64,000 nucleotides of DNA from Lama glama (lineage: Eukaryota), in the NCBI GenBank assembly GCA_028534125.1, contig CM052816.1, forward strand, positions 91,452,001 to 91,516,000. Reading direction: 5' to 3'. The notes under the pieces were generated by a model. The model saw only the letters and a list, made by a program, of their open reading frames with translations. It ran no database searches and was not told where the DNA came from. Position 1 is the stretch's first letter. The number at the start of each line of letters is the position of its first letter. The translations under genes and the position numbers were made by a program. Of this stretch, positions 12,453 to 25,045 are shown one piece after another.

Positions 12453-12840
12453 TCGCTGAGAATCAGAAGGGAGATGCTGGAATCAGAAGATATTATTAGT
12501 ATTATAAAAACAAACTGCTAAAGAATGGGTAAAAGAGGGGACTGAGGAAGAGAAGGACTGCCTGGAATACTGAGAGGGCAGTTGTCATCAGACACTGAAT
12601 TTACAGGTCGTCCAGGTGAGCACCACACCTGGGTTTAAGTGCAAAGTGGGTTAAATTGTGCAGAGGAGGTCCTGCTCACCACTGTATACGTCATTAACTG
12701 GACAGCCTTTGCATTCAAGGATCATGTGACAATTAAAAATATAATAAAGCAGGACCCTCGACCTGCTAGGAGACAGCAGTGCATCTCCTGGTCAGATTAA
12801 ATAATCTCTGAGTTCTCCTTAACTCTAATACATGCCAGTT

Positions 12841-12920
12841 TCCCTTCTCCCTCCCCTCCTCCTCCTCCTTCTTCTCCTCTTCCTCCTCCTCTTCCTTTTC
12901 CTCCCTCTTCTTTCTCTCAT
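12841..12920. repeat. CT-rich (CCT/CTT)n low-complexity tract
   Basis: About 78 nt of pure pyrimidines. Confidence 0.9.
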
Positions 12921-13880
12921 TTTTCACCAGTATCACCAGTATCAGAATCCATGAGTTATTTCTTTTTTTGAAACAAGAGACCTCTTTCTGACTGTCACAA
13001 TTTCAGAAAAAAATAATAAAGGAGTGTAATTCCTATTAAGCTTAGAAAAAAACATTTTATCTTTCCTCAACAGATCATCTTTCCAACAATTGTTCTGCCA
13101 GTGGAGATCTTTGGGAAAGTCCCACAGATATCCTAAGGGCATTCATGCCTGGAGTTAAATCTCCTGAAAAGAAGAAAGCATTAGTGTTCTGGGAACACCA
13201 TGCCATGTTGTTTACAAACTCCTGATTTGATGTACTGAGCTATGATTAATGTTATCACTGCATATCTAGATTTGGTCTAACAGCTATTGAATGATCAATT
13301 TTTCATTATATCAGCTTCCTAGAGATGCCTCTCTGGGCTGCAAAAAATACCTATGCAATTAATGTTTAGACGCCGTTTGTAGCATGTTGGTGATAGAGTC
13401 TAATACAATTAGTTCTTTAATTACATGGAGTTCTTCTTATCTGGAGAAAGAGTGCATGAGGGGGTAGAAAAAGCCAGGCTGTGTGGTCCAATGTCAGCTT
13501 AGAGAGCAGCACTTGATGCAGAAGGAGTTCATCAGAGCGTTCTTCAGCGAGGAGTAACTTCTCATACTGTCAGCTGAATGGACACTGTAAACATGTGGGA
13601 GACATTGTTTAAATACTTTTCTCCTAAATACTCTTTCAAATTCATAATGCATATGAGTCAGAAGTTCGGATTTGGCAGCTGCAGCTTACTGAGACCATGC
13701 TTCAAACAAATCTCATTAACCCAAGCTGCATTTCCACAATCTCACTTTCAGTTGGCTTGTGGTCAAGTTTGAACAGCCCTCATATCCTGGGGTTTAATGG
13801 AACCATGAGGGACAAACTCCTTCCAGTGTCCCAGATGCATCTGGAGATGCTCTACCACCTAGACCCTAGTGAAGAGAGTC

Positions 13881-13914
13881 GTGTGTGTGTGTGTGTGTGT
13901 GTTTATGTGCGTGT
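13881..13914. repeat. (TG)n microsatellite
   Basis: Seen directly. Confidence 0.9.
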
Positions 13915-14087
13915 AGAAAGGGACAGCAGAGGGATGTGGCCTGGAGAAAGGACCAGAAGCTGTGTCAGTTCATGTCTCAGTGTTAGCTATTAGGAACCTT
14001 TCAACCTGAGTTCCTCTCTAGGAGATTGAATCATTCATGAGGAGGATGTTGAGACATATGACCATGAAACAAATGAATGATAAAGTT

Positions 14088-14564
14088 TGTATTAGTTTCC
14101 TGTTGCTGCTGTAACAAATTGCTACATACCACAAATGGCTTAAAGCAACACACCTCTATCATTGTACATTTCTGGAGATTACAAGTCCAAAATGGATCTT
14201 AAGGGGCTAAAATAAACAGAGCTGTTTCCTTCTGGAGGCTCTTGGGAACAATCACTTTCCTTGTGTTTTCTAGCTTCCAGAGGCCACCCATATTCTTTGA
14301 TTTGTTGTCCCTTCCTCCCTCTTCAAAATGCATCACTCCAATCTCTGCTCCCCTGACACATCTCCTCTCTTACTTTAACTCTCCTGTCTCCATCTTCTGA
14401 GGACCCTTGTGATTACACTTGGTCCCCTCAGCTAATCCAGGACAATCTCCCCATCTCAAAATCCTTAATTTAATCACATCTGCCAAGCCCTTTCTGCCAT
14501 GTAAGGTATTCATAGGTTTGGGAAATTAGGAAATCTTTGCTGAGCCATTATTCTGCCTACCGTA
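14088..14564 (-). mobile_element. MaLR solo LTR, MLT1D-like
   Basis: tgtattagtttcctgttgctgctgtaacaaatt ... ggacccttgtgattacac ... atccttaatttaatcacatctgc ... ccattattctgcctacc. Confidence 0.88.
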
Positions 14565-15317
14565 AGTGTGATCTTAGTTTGTGCTCATGTACAAGCTCAT
14601 TATGCTCAGTGTCTAAACTTTTGCTAAGCCTGTCTCTTCCAAATTGGGGTCCCAGTTGGGTGTAGGTACTGCTGAACACAGTTCTCTGCAGGAACTAGAT
14701 GTGTTTCCAGAGATGCCTTCATCATAGTCATCAAATTATTTGCAGTTAAATCTTGGAAGCACTGTAGAGTCTAGGGCATCACCTAGCCCCACAAGGGAGG
14801 GGTGAGGAGATGGGGAGCACTGTTCTGCTCTTACCTACGGGACCCACGGCTGCTGCTCTACTAAGAAGGCAAAGTCTTGAGAGTGCAGATTTCTGCAGTC
14901 CTACGGAAGTTGCAGACTGCTAACTTGCCCAGGCTCCATGAAGACCCCATCACAGAGCAATCTGCTTCAGTCTCTTAGAAATCCCTTACTGGCAGAGAGC
15001 CCCTTTACCCAGGGACTGGATCTTGGATTAAGATGCTGAGTGGAATTCACTGGTAATGAAATGGTGTCACTTAGACCTGCAAGCAGAATCATGCCACTGT
15101 CCAAATTTCCCTTGCTTTTATTTTTATTTATTTGTTACTGTTATTTAATTTTAGAATTTTTAAACATACAATTTTATTTGGAATTATGAATGAGGGTGGT
15201 TTTCAAAAGGCGCAGCTTTCGACTATAAATCATTTCTTTAAATGTAATTTTCCATTATTATGATTAAATATAATGAATTGTTTGAAGACCTTCAGACTGC
15301 ATGACCTAATAAAAACA

Positions 15318-15475
15318 ACTAACATTCATGAGCCTTTGCTCCCTGCTTGGCAGCGCTTGAGATGTTTATTATTTCTATTTTATGGATGAAAAAATCTGGC
15401 CTAAACGTTACGTGGAAAGATACTAGTTGGTGAGTGGCAGGGCTGAGCGCAAACTCAGGCAGCCTGATGGAAGTT
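15318..15475 (-). mobile_element. MIR SINE
   Basis: attttatggatgaaaaaa...tagttggtgagtggcagggctgag...aactcaggcagcctga. Confidence 0.65.
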
Positions 15476-15689
15476 TCTTTACCTTTAATTCAAAGATATC
15501 CCAACTTCCACTTAGTTGTGTCTGTGTTATATAAAGACAAAACTCTCCAAATTGTTGGGGTTTTTTTTTTTCTTTTCACTTTCCTAAATATCCAAACAAG
15601 GGGGAGTTTAAAAGTCCATTATGTCAAGATTCCCAGTATAGACTTCCCCAGCTTTCCTCATCACTAAACTTGTGTGTTGCTTTGAACTT

Positions 15690-16142
15690 CACAAACACTG
15701 CTGCTTGGCCAACCCGACACCCATTCCCTGCCGCCTTGTATCTTGTGCAACTGAGTATTAACTTCATAAGCATACTCACTTTTCCAGCTTTTTGGCCTGG
15801 GATGGCTATATGCTGGAAATACAGCCACAGGTACAAGCCTGGTAGGGTAGTTCTGGGGAAACTTCCAGATAAAAAGGGTCAGGCTGGTGATACTCTCTCC
15901 TCTTCCCCACTTTGAATGGATATGGTGGCTAGAGCTAAAGCAGCCGTCTTGAAATTGTGAGGATGACAGAACTCCAGAAGTGTTGGTTCTAACATCATTG
16001 CATATTTGAACCAATGCTAGCAACCACTTACCTCTTAGCTTTTTGCTATGTGAAAAGAATAAAATTCTGTCAAGTAGTTGATGTTCTGGTTTGGTTTGGT
16101 TTTTACAGGAAAAAAAAAGCAATCTTATTGCAAACTAAATAC
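15690..16142 (+). mobile_element. Old MaLR LTR (MLT1J/K-like)
   Basis: ggtggctagagctaaagcagccgtcttg and cttacctcttagctttttgctatgtgaaaagaataaa resemble MLT1J/K. Confidence 0.6.
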
Positions 16143-16284
16143 CCAATCTTCCCATTTTCCTTACCTCTCTGTTGTAGAATTTTCAGCCAAGAATTTAATT
16201 TAGTCCTTCTTAATCTCTTTTATCTTCTTTTACTCCAGGCCAGAATTCTTCGCTGAGTTTTAAGACCTAAAATACAAGAGGACC

Positions 16285-16630
16285 TTGGAGGTGTTCTCCT
16301 AAATGCTCCATGGGCATCTCAGGGTAACAGGTTAAAAGCTAAACTTATCATCCTCCTCCTGTCCCTCAAACCCAAACCCCCTGTATTCCTTCAACATTAA
16401 ATGGCATTGCAATTCACCCAGCTGCCCAACCAAGGACATAGGCATTATTCTTATATCCTGCCTTCTTATAGATTTACTTCCTTGATCTCATTCAGTCCCA
16501 TTTTATCTCACAGTTTCTTGCCTAGCATTCTTCAGTAGCCTCTTATTTATTCTCCCAGTTTCTAATTTTGCTCACACCAACCCTATACTTCTCCAGCCAG
16601 AATGAAGACTGAAAACCAGAATGGATCAGG
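16285..16630 (+). mobile_element. L2 fragment
   Basis: ggcatctca...aaacttatcatc...aatggcattgcaattcacccagctgcccaa. Confidence 0.6.
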
Positions 16631-17294
16631 ATTTAAAATGTATATACTTTAACCCAAATGTTCAAAAACAACCACAAAAGAAGAACTTTTAGTTTTTATA
16701 GCTGTGGCTCTGGAGTTCTGGAATCTCTACTCTGCCAGAGGCTGGTAGCTGGGGTGGGGATGGGATATTTGAATTTGCCAGTTAAGACAAATCAGACTTT
16801 TTTGGTTTAAAACATAAGTTTTTAAATAAAAACTATATCTTGTGAACAAATATCTTTTAAAAAATAAATTTTAATGCTCCCCTTTTGTTCTCTCTTTAAT
16901 TCGGGAGGCAGAAGGGAAAAGGAAAAAGGTTTACATTACTACCAGTGGTGGAAGGAGGCTGTCTGGTCTGCATGTGATCCTCTTTTGCAGACTCCGCTGA
17001 ACTCAGTCTGGGGTGTAGCTAGATGCCTCAGGCCTATAGGCATCCACCTTGGAGCTCACCTCCTCCGCTGCTCCAGTAGCCTGCGTGCCTTCTTTCTCAC
17101 TTGGGCTTCCTTGGTGGTTGCTCCAAGGAAGTTCGGTTGTCACTTCTGGCTGAGTGTCCTCCCCACCTGAGCTCTTACTAGGATGCTGACCATCTGAGTC
17201 TCACCCAGGTCCTTCAATCAGCTCCTGGCTTTGGCTGTCTCTCCTGTGAGATTTACTTGTCCCAGGGGTTGAAAACTCCCAGCCGACATGCTAA

Positions 17295-18510
17295 TTAATT
17301 TTTCTTATAAGTTAATTCTATTGTTTTAATGTACATATACCAAAATGCACACACGTTGAGTATACAGTTGGTGAGGATTGACAAATGTATACACCTGTGC
17401 AGCAAACCTCCCAATCAAAATGCAGAACAGATTCAGCAGCCCAGAAAGTTCCTTTCTGTCCCTTTTCAGTTCATTTCTGTGCTCCCTAGAAGCGACTGCT
17501 CTTGCAATTTCTACTGAGATACATTAGCATTGGCTGTTCTTGAACTTCATATAAATGAAATATGTACATACTACATACTACAGGATGCGTATTTTGTGTC
17601 TGACAACTTTTGCTCTTCAAAATATTTTTGAGATTTACCCACAGTGTGTGTGTATCAGTTTTTGTTCTTTTTTTGTATTTTTGAACAGTATTCTATTACA
17701 TGACTAGATAAACTATCCACTCTCCTTTAATGGACATTCAGGCTGTTTCCAGTTTGGGGTTATCATGAAGAAGAAAGCCGTGACCTTTCTTAACACAAGT
17801 CTTCTACGAATGTATATTTTAAATTATTTCTTTTGGGTAAACAAGCCTAAAAGCAGAACTTGTCTAGCCATGAGAACTTTTAGTGTAAGCAAACCCTCCA
17901 ACTCGTCTCATTTTTTTCAGACTTGATTTGGTTATTCTGGAATCATTGCATTTCCAAGTACAACTTAGAATCAGCTCTTCAATTTTACAAAAAAAAAAAA
18001 AAAACCAGAGAAACAAACAAAAAAAACCGTTGCTAGGCTTTTGTTTGGCATTGCATTGAAGTTATAGGTGAACTTGGAGGCAAATAGAAATTGTAAGAAT
18101 ATTGGGTCTCTCAACACATAAGCATTTATTTAGGATTTCATTCATTTATCTCAACCATATTTTGCTGTAAGAGTGGAGGTCCTTTATATATTTTGTTAAA
18201 GTTATTCCTAAGTATTTATATCTTTGTAGATGGTGTTTTGTCTCATCTTTTTAATTGTTTATTGCTAGCATGTAGCAATATGTTTATTTTTCTACGTAGC
18301 CCTTGTAGCCTGAGGTACAGCTGAATTCTGTCATTACTCTCAAGGTTTTTGTTGTTGTGATTGACCTGGTGTTCTCTACATATACAGTCAGCTCTGTATC
18401 TGTAAATAATGACTATTATTTCTTTCATTCTGCTAAATTTGGGTTTAATTTTTCTCTTCTTTGTATAACTTCTTAAGGTGGAATCTTAGTTCATGAATTT
18501 TAAACCTTTA
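17295..18510 (-). mobile_element. Ancient L1 (L1MB/MC/ME-type): 3' UTR plus ORF2 remnants with internal deletions
   Basis: Antisense L1 3' end (aaaatgcacac...gacaaatgtatacacctgtg), ggacattcaggctgtttccagtttgggg, and antisense ORF2 block ttagaatcagct...ggcattgcattgaa. Confidence 0.8.
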
Positions 18511-18929
18511 GCCTTTTAGCTCCCCTTTGCCTTGTGAAACCATACAGTCAGCAGTTTCTGGAACTAGAATTGTGGCACATTTAGGGGCCATTCTTTGGTC
18601 TACCACACATCTCATCCTTGCACCTCTCACCTCCCATCCCTTCCAGGACCTAGTGCACGTCTCCTTGGGGAAAGTAATAATAATAATATAACAAAAACAA
18701 AACAAAAAACTGTCCATAACAGAAAAAAAGGTGCCAACACAGCTTTGGGGATGGGGGAGCAGTGTTATTCTCTTCTGTTTTAGTTTCCCGTGAACATACA
18801 ATTAATAGTTAATAATTAATAAATTAACTCTCCACAGCTTACTTTCTTTCCCCCTCCCAGTTCATGAAATGCTCTCAATCTCTAAAGGTAAAAGTACCAT
18901 TTAAAATACAGTTAATTTGGGAATTCAAA

Positions 18930-19085
18930 AATTGGATCTCTTGGGGAGGGATGGAAATGTTAGCTGTCTTGATTGAGATGGTGGTTTCATGGGTGTGTAC
19001 ATTTATCAAAATTCATCAAATTGTACATCTGAAATATGTGTAGTTGCTGTACAGAAACCGTATCACAGGCAAGGTGTTAAAAAGA
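18930..19085 (+). mobile_element. Ancient L1 3' terminus
   Basis: gatggaaatgtt...tcttgatt...ggtggtttcatgggtgtgtacatttatcaaaattcatcaaattgtaca. Confidence 0.75.
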
Positions 19086-19217
19086 AAAATACAGACATTT
19101 ATGTGAAAAATAAAGTACAATTTTTATAATTCTTTGTCAACATCAATGTCCACAGCACCAATCATGAGTTTAGGTAGAGATTTCCTGTAGCTGATGGTTT
19201 GTTTTAAATGTCAGAAG

Positions 19218-19265
19218 AACATTTAGAGAGAGAGTGGAACATTCAGGGAGAGAGTGCAACATTCA
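19218..19265. repeat. 20-bp tandem duplication (2.4 copies)
   Basis: aacatttagagagagagtgg / aacattcagggagagagtgc / aacattca. Confidence 0.85.
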
Positions 19266-20245
19266 TTTCTCACAGTTTTAATCTTTATTTCTTGCCTTGG
19301 GTCTGATAGCCTTATAGGAAACAATTCTGAGGGCACTTTTGAATTACATCCTAGGAGAATTACACCTCAACAACCTGTTCCATTAGAAATTTTCACATGG
19401 CCATGTTTATGAAGAATTCGCATTAACCCCGTTCCAAATAAAAGTCAATTAAATTTAGTGACAGAATTGCGGGATGAAAATTTTCCTTTCCTTTTCTTTT
19501 CATTTTTACTTAAAATACCTCGGGGTATAACTTACACTGGTTTTTTTCTGAAGCTAGTAGACCTAAGTTTAATCAAAATGGCAGGCAAACTTTTTTCTAC
19601 AGGACTTTATGACTCAAGTCCTTTATGTTTGGACTAAAACTGTATTACGAGATCTAGCTCTGATTAACTAAAACAACGACCTTCATGGGTAATGATTTTC
19701 CTGGATGTAGAGGAGAATGTGCTCGAAACATAGCACTAAAACTAAGTAAGTGGGTTTTTGTCCACAACATACACAAGCTTAGAAGGTCTGTGACCTTTAG
19801 GTCTGGTGAATGATAGCAGGGTACTATCATTACTGGTGTTGGACTTGGAAGATTCTGTGGTTTTGCAGAGGTTGCTTTGAAGCTACAATCAGGTTGACTA
19901 GTTCTTCGTAAATAAATCTTCTAAATGTGGCAACATTCTGCAGAGCAACAAAGCAACAATTAGCCCCAAACACTTGCACTTTTCTTCATGGTCATTACCA
20001 GGAGCATGTGTGTCCTTGGGTAGGGAAGTAGAGGGCTCGGCTGGGCACAGGTGTGGGGAAGAGACGACAGCAGTTTGTCAGAGTCAGGGGAAAAATGTCA
20101 TTGTCGGGACAAAACATGGGGACAGTCAGTGCTCCAGGTTTCATTCTCAAACGTCTGGTGCAGGCTTTGTGCCACCATTCATTGAGACAAATCTAATTCT
20201 CATCCATTGCATTCGCTATTTAGTCTCACTTAGAATCAGTTCTAG

Positions 20246-20745
20246 NNNNNNNNNNNNNNNNNNNNNNNNNNNNNNNNNNNNNNNNNNNNNNNNNNNNNNN
20301 NNNNNNNNNNNNNNNNNNNNNNNNNNNNNNNNNNNNNNNNNNNNNNNNNNNNNNNNNNNNNNNNNNNNNNNNNNNNNNNNNNNNNNNNNNNNNNNNNNNN
20401 NNNNNNNNNNNNNNNNNNNNNNNNNNNNNNNNNNNNNNNNNNNNNNNNNNNNNNNNNNNNNNNNNNNNNNNNNNNNNNNNNNNNNNNNNNNNNNNNNNNN
20501 NNNNNNNNNNNNNNNNNNNNNNNNNNNNNNNNNNNNNNNNNNNNNNNNNNNNNNNNNNNNNNNNNNNNNNNNNNNNNNNNNNNNNNNNNNNNNNNNNNNN
20601 NNNNNNNNNNNNNNNNNNNNNNNNNNNNNNNNNNNNNNNNNNNNNNNNNNNNNNNNNNNNNNNNNNNNNNNNNNNNNNNNNNNNNNNNNNNNNNNNNNNN
20701 NNNNNNNNNNNNNNNNNNNNNNNNNNNNNNNNNNNNNNNNNNNNN
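20246..20745. other. Assembly gap (exactly 500 N)
   Basis: Run of N seen directly. Confidence 0.99.
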
Positions 20746-20910
20746 CTAACTACTGCTACTTACTGCATTCAGTCTGAAGACTTCCACCAGACTTGACCCC
20801 GTTTTGCCTCAGCTCACACATCTGTCGTATGGGTATTATAATTATGACCCTTATTTCATAGTGCTTTTGAAATAATTAACTAAAACAATCTACTTAAATA
20901 TTTAGCCTAA
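20746..20910 (+). mobile_element. MIR SINE abutting the gap
   Basis: ctgctacttact...gcctcagctcacacatctgtcgtatgggtattataat...atttcatagtgctttt. Confidence 0.65.
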
Positions 20911-21717
20911 AGTAAGCATTTGATTGTCAGACTTATTATTATAGTAACTTTGGGTCACAAGGAGAAGAGAGAGGCTTGAGATAACCTCTGAGGATGGGGG
21001 TCAGGCGAGGGACACTTGGGGAAGAGGGGAGGGTCAGGAGACAACCCCCACTCTCCCACAGTGGGTGTCACAGAAATGGAAGCATCACTCAAGATCCTCC
21101 CGGGCTCTGGTACCCTCTTGTCTCCTCCGTCAGCAGCATCTGTCCTGGTGAGTTTGTCATTCTCAACACCCAGTCGTTTTCTATCTGCTTCTCTCTCTAA
21201 TCTTGGACTCTCTCCAGGGCTGCCCTGCTTGTTTCCCTTCCTTCTACTTCCGGTATCACTCAGCTCCTCCAGGGAAAGGCTCTCGCTCGGATGGCTGCTC
21301 TATATCCAAAAAGGAGCACACTTTTCTGGCACTTGGCCACCTTTATAAGCCACTGGGTTGCCACATATGTCATGTGACTTTAAGCTGAGGAATCATTCTG
21401 TAGTTCAAACTATCGTGGCCAAGATATCTGTGTCCAGTGACAAAGTGAAAGAAAATCCATGTCCTTTCACTCTGTAGGCGTGGCAAGGATGGGGAGTTCT
21501 TGGAATATCAGTTCATGGCTGACATTTGCGCAATGAGTATTTACATCATGCTGGAAGTTTACAGCTGATGTTCGTTCTCTCTGAGCAGTGCTGGGGCTGT
21601 GCCAAATGTCTTGATTCTCCCCTTTGCATGGTGATTATTTAATGATAGAAGCATTGTGCAGTAGATCATGGTTGGGAATCCCAACCTGGTTTTCAACCTT
21701 CACTTATTCACTAGAAT

Positions 21718-21836
21718 TTCTCTTTCTCTTTCTCACTCTCTCTCTTTCCTTCTATGTGTGACTCTGTCTCTCTGTCTTTCTCTGTCTCTCTGTTTCCTCT
21801 CTTTCTCTCCATCTCTCTCTCAAACACCCACACACA
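21718..21836. repeat. Degenerate (CT)n followed by short (CA)n
   Basis: Seen directly. Confidence 0.9.
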
Positions 21837-24009
21837 AATATATTCATCATTGCAACTACTCCTGAAACTAATTTGAAATAAAAGTCATTTATCATTATTG
21901 CAAAATAGTCTCCAAAAAAAATACACCTGAGCAGAGATGTGGAAAGTCTATTTGTAGATTCATTCTGTGATCCCTACCCTGTCAGGATTTCTGTCTCAGA
22001 TACATCATAGAAGCACCAAGGGAAAAAAAGAAGAAAAATGAAGAATTGAAGCCATTTACCCAAAATGACACCTGAATACAGCAAGATTTGCCATCCTAGT
22101 TGCTTTATGACAGTAATTAATAATAAATATTAATTCAACATCCTTTGATCTTTGGTGAATATGTACATCCTACCTTTAGAACTTATTTAGAGAAAACCGT
22201 TCAAAAATGATACAAAGAAAATCCATCTGTTATCATTTTAAAATGCACGGCAAAACTCTCCCTCTCTTCGAAACACTCCAATCCCTAAATAGAATTAAGA
22301 CGAAAATAACTCTCCCATCTCACCGCTGGCCAGAGAGCTGGGGAAAGGGCTGTTCCAACATCACAGAGGGAGAATTCCCACAAAGAGCCCTTTACGTTTC
22401 TAACCAGAGCTATGCCTAGCTGGGTTTTCCCAGCCCTGCCCCTCCCTACAGTTGCCCCTAGCTCGCATGAGCCTAGCAGTTCATTTCTTTTCTAAATAGA
22501 GTGAAGGACGAGGGCGCTCACCCTGAGATGGAGAAGTTAGCACCAGGAGGTACAAATAAAAAGATCAATAATCAAGAGGGCTATTTGGCCATCACACCAG
22601 CCTCGGCTGACAGTATCCAGAGGCCTGTTCAGTGGTGTGCGTTCTATCACCCGGAGGAAAAGAAAAAATATCTTTGCCTACAGGCCAGGAACAGAAGGCC
22701 CCTTCTTTGATGGGGAGCCAACTCATTCACTCTTCCCAGCTTGGACCCCCAAAACCCCTTCAAACTGAGCTTCCCGGAGTGTAGTTTTATCAGAAATACC
22801 GGTGGTTCTTACTGCTTGCAAATTTCAGGGCATAAGTAACGAAGCTGACACTATATGAAGCGGTTTTCCAAAACACCAGGAAAAATTGGTTTCCGCCCAT
22901 CAAGTGGTTTTTACTACCCATAATTCCAAGCTTCCCATCTCCCACTGTCTCTCTTTATTCATCCTAATTAGCAGTAAGTGAATCCAGTCGTGTTCTGTGG
23001 TCAGTCAGCTTACAATTGGATCTTCTGTGCGCTTTACTCTCAGCAACCTGCCGTTAGGCAGCTCCAGGCACTGCCTCATCTACAGTCAAGGGAAATGTCT
23101 GCTTTTGATTTATTTCTACCCAGAAATCAAAAGGTTGACTCTGTGTGCATATCCAACACACTGCTCTTCCTTTTTTTTTTATATATTCCTCATTTTTGAG
23201 AAGTTTAATGTTTTACCGTGCAATGGCGGACGTGTGCTGTTTTGCTGAGTGTACCGGCTGGGCTTCAGGGTTCGTTTTGTAGAGAAGCTATCCAAGGTCA
23301 CAAGTGGTGGTGCCAAGGCGAGCGGACTGTCAGATGACAGAGAAGGACACGGATGCTATCAACTCAGAATGCACATTCAGAGCAAGGATTCGAGCCAAGT
23401 CCTCCTTGATATACCCCACCATTGTGGTACACTACTTAGGAGCGTTCTCTGTATCCCAGTCTCTGCCTATCCACCTCTCTCACCCCATCGTAGTGGTGGG
23501 CACTTTGCAGGCAGGACACAAATCTTTCATAAAGAAGAAATGATGATCTTTGCATATATAATCCCATGCAGGGCCAAAACCACCCTCTCAGCACCAGTAA
23601 TTGCTAGCCAATTCTCATGGCTCCTTTTTAATGATACAAACAGACCCTGCTCCCTCTGGGGAACTCTCTTTTGTCCCATCCTGGGCTCAGGCTGGGCCCT
23701 CTGGGATTTCTTAGCTGCTGCTTAGAGTGAGAAGGGACTGTTTAAAAGCCCCCACATCCCCCATGGGGTAGACCCAAGAGCTGAGAATGAAAAGCTTCCC
23801 CCTGCCTTTCAGAGTACAAACCCCAGTCTCCCGTTGCCCAACAAGGTCCCATATTGTACTCGTAAAGCCAAACTTGAAATTTTCCAGTGTCTATTTTTAT
23901 TCATTCTAATTAGCAATGAGTGTGTCCCACCTAGGGTCTTAGGAAAAACCATCATAGCTTTTCCTTTAAATGTCACAGTTATACCCTTATGGGCTTATTA
24001 GCTCCTATT

Positions 24010-24221
24010 CTAATATGGTTTTAGTATGTGCCAGTTTCTATACTAACTGTTTTAGATACTTTGTCATTTAATCTTCAAAACAACCCTGTCAAATAATTGT
24101 TCAGTAAGAGAATGTATTTGCCCAAGTGAGGTCAAAATGCTATTAAAGGGCTTTGATGGGAGCAAACCCTTGCCCATCTGACTACAAAGCTGATGCCTTT
24201 AACCACCAAGCCATACCGCCT
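24010..24221 (-). mobile_element. MIR SINE
   Basis: tatgtgccag...tcatttaatcttcaaaacaaccctg...tctgactacaaagctgatgcctttaaccac. Confidence 0.75.
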
Positions 24222-24937
24222 CCGTGAATTACCGTGGTGCTTTCCTGAATAAGACAGACTCATTAACTGTATGTTTGGTTATGGCTGTAATACTCATTTA
24301 GGAATTTCCACGGAGGTCATGTTTATCTCCACCTATATAACTCCTGGCTAGAACACCTCTAGAAATCTTTCTAACTTGCCCTTGGAAGGAGCCTGTAAGG
24401 GCAAATTTCCCAGGGAGTTGGCCAGAATCTGACCTGAAAGTGCAAACCTCTGTTACACAGCCAGTCGGGGGACAGCAGCCTGGGCAGCCTGACCACACCG
24501 CAGGTCCATCTGGTTCATCCTTTGGGCGGCCAGCGTGGTCCTCATGATCTTGGGGATGGTGTTTCTTACTCCGTCCTAGGTTCCATATGAAAGTCATGAC
24601 CTGCATCAGCCTCAGATCAGGACTGGCCAAAGACGCTGCCATCTCCATGGCAACGTTGGCTAACACTGACCACTCGTCTCCCACTGACCATGATGTCCGT
24701 TACCATCCCCAAACAGCCGCTTTATCAGAGGTCCTGGAAAAGGGCTCCTGGAACCAACTTTGTGTCATGCTTTTTATCCTGATCCCTCTAGGGGGAGCAC
24801 TTGCACAGCCCTACTTCTCTTTTGAGAGTCCTCTCTCAAAAGACCCGGTGTTACCATCCATTACACAGTCTAAGCCCGTTGTTTCCAAATCAACTGTACT
24901 TGCTGATACCCTCAGGGAGGAGCTGGATACAGAACTG

Positions 24938-25045
24938 TGCATTCGTTCACTCCAAAACTATTCACTGAGCACCTATTACGGGTAAGACTTGGTGGGTACT
25001 TGAATTTCAATAATGAAGAAGACACAGCCCCTGATCCCAAGGACA
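24938..25045 (-). mobile_element. L2 3' terminus
   Basis: cattcgttcactc...tattcactgagcacctatta...gacacagcccctg. Confidence 0.6.

Noticed and set aside
19974..20777. Longest ORF in the track (267 aa)
   Set aside because: Artefact of reading through the 500-N gap.
23249..24985. ORFs of 128-158 aa (23249+, 24298-, 24587+)
   Set aside because: No recognisable domains, overlapping on opposite strands, and lengths expected by chance in 64 kb.
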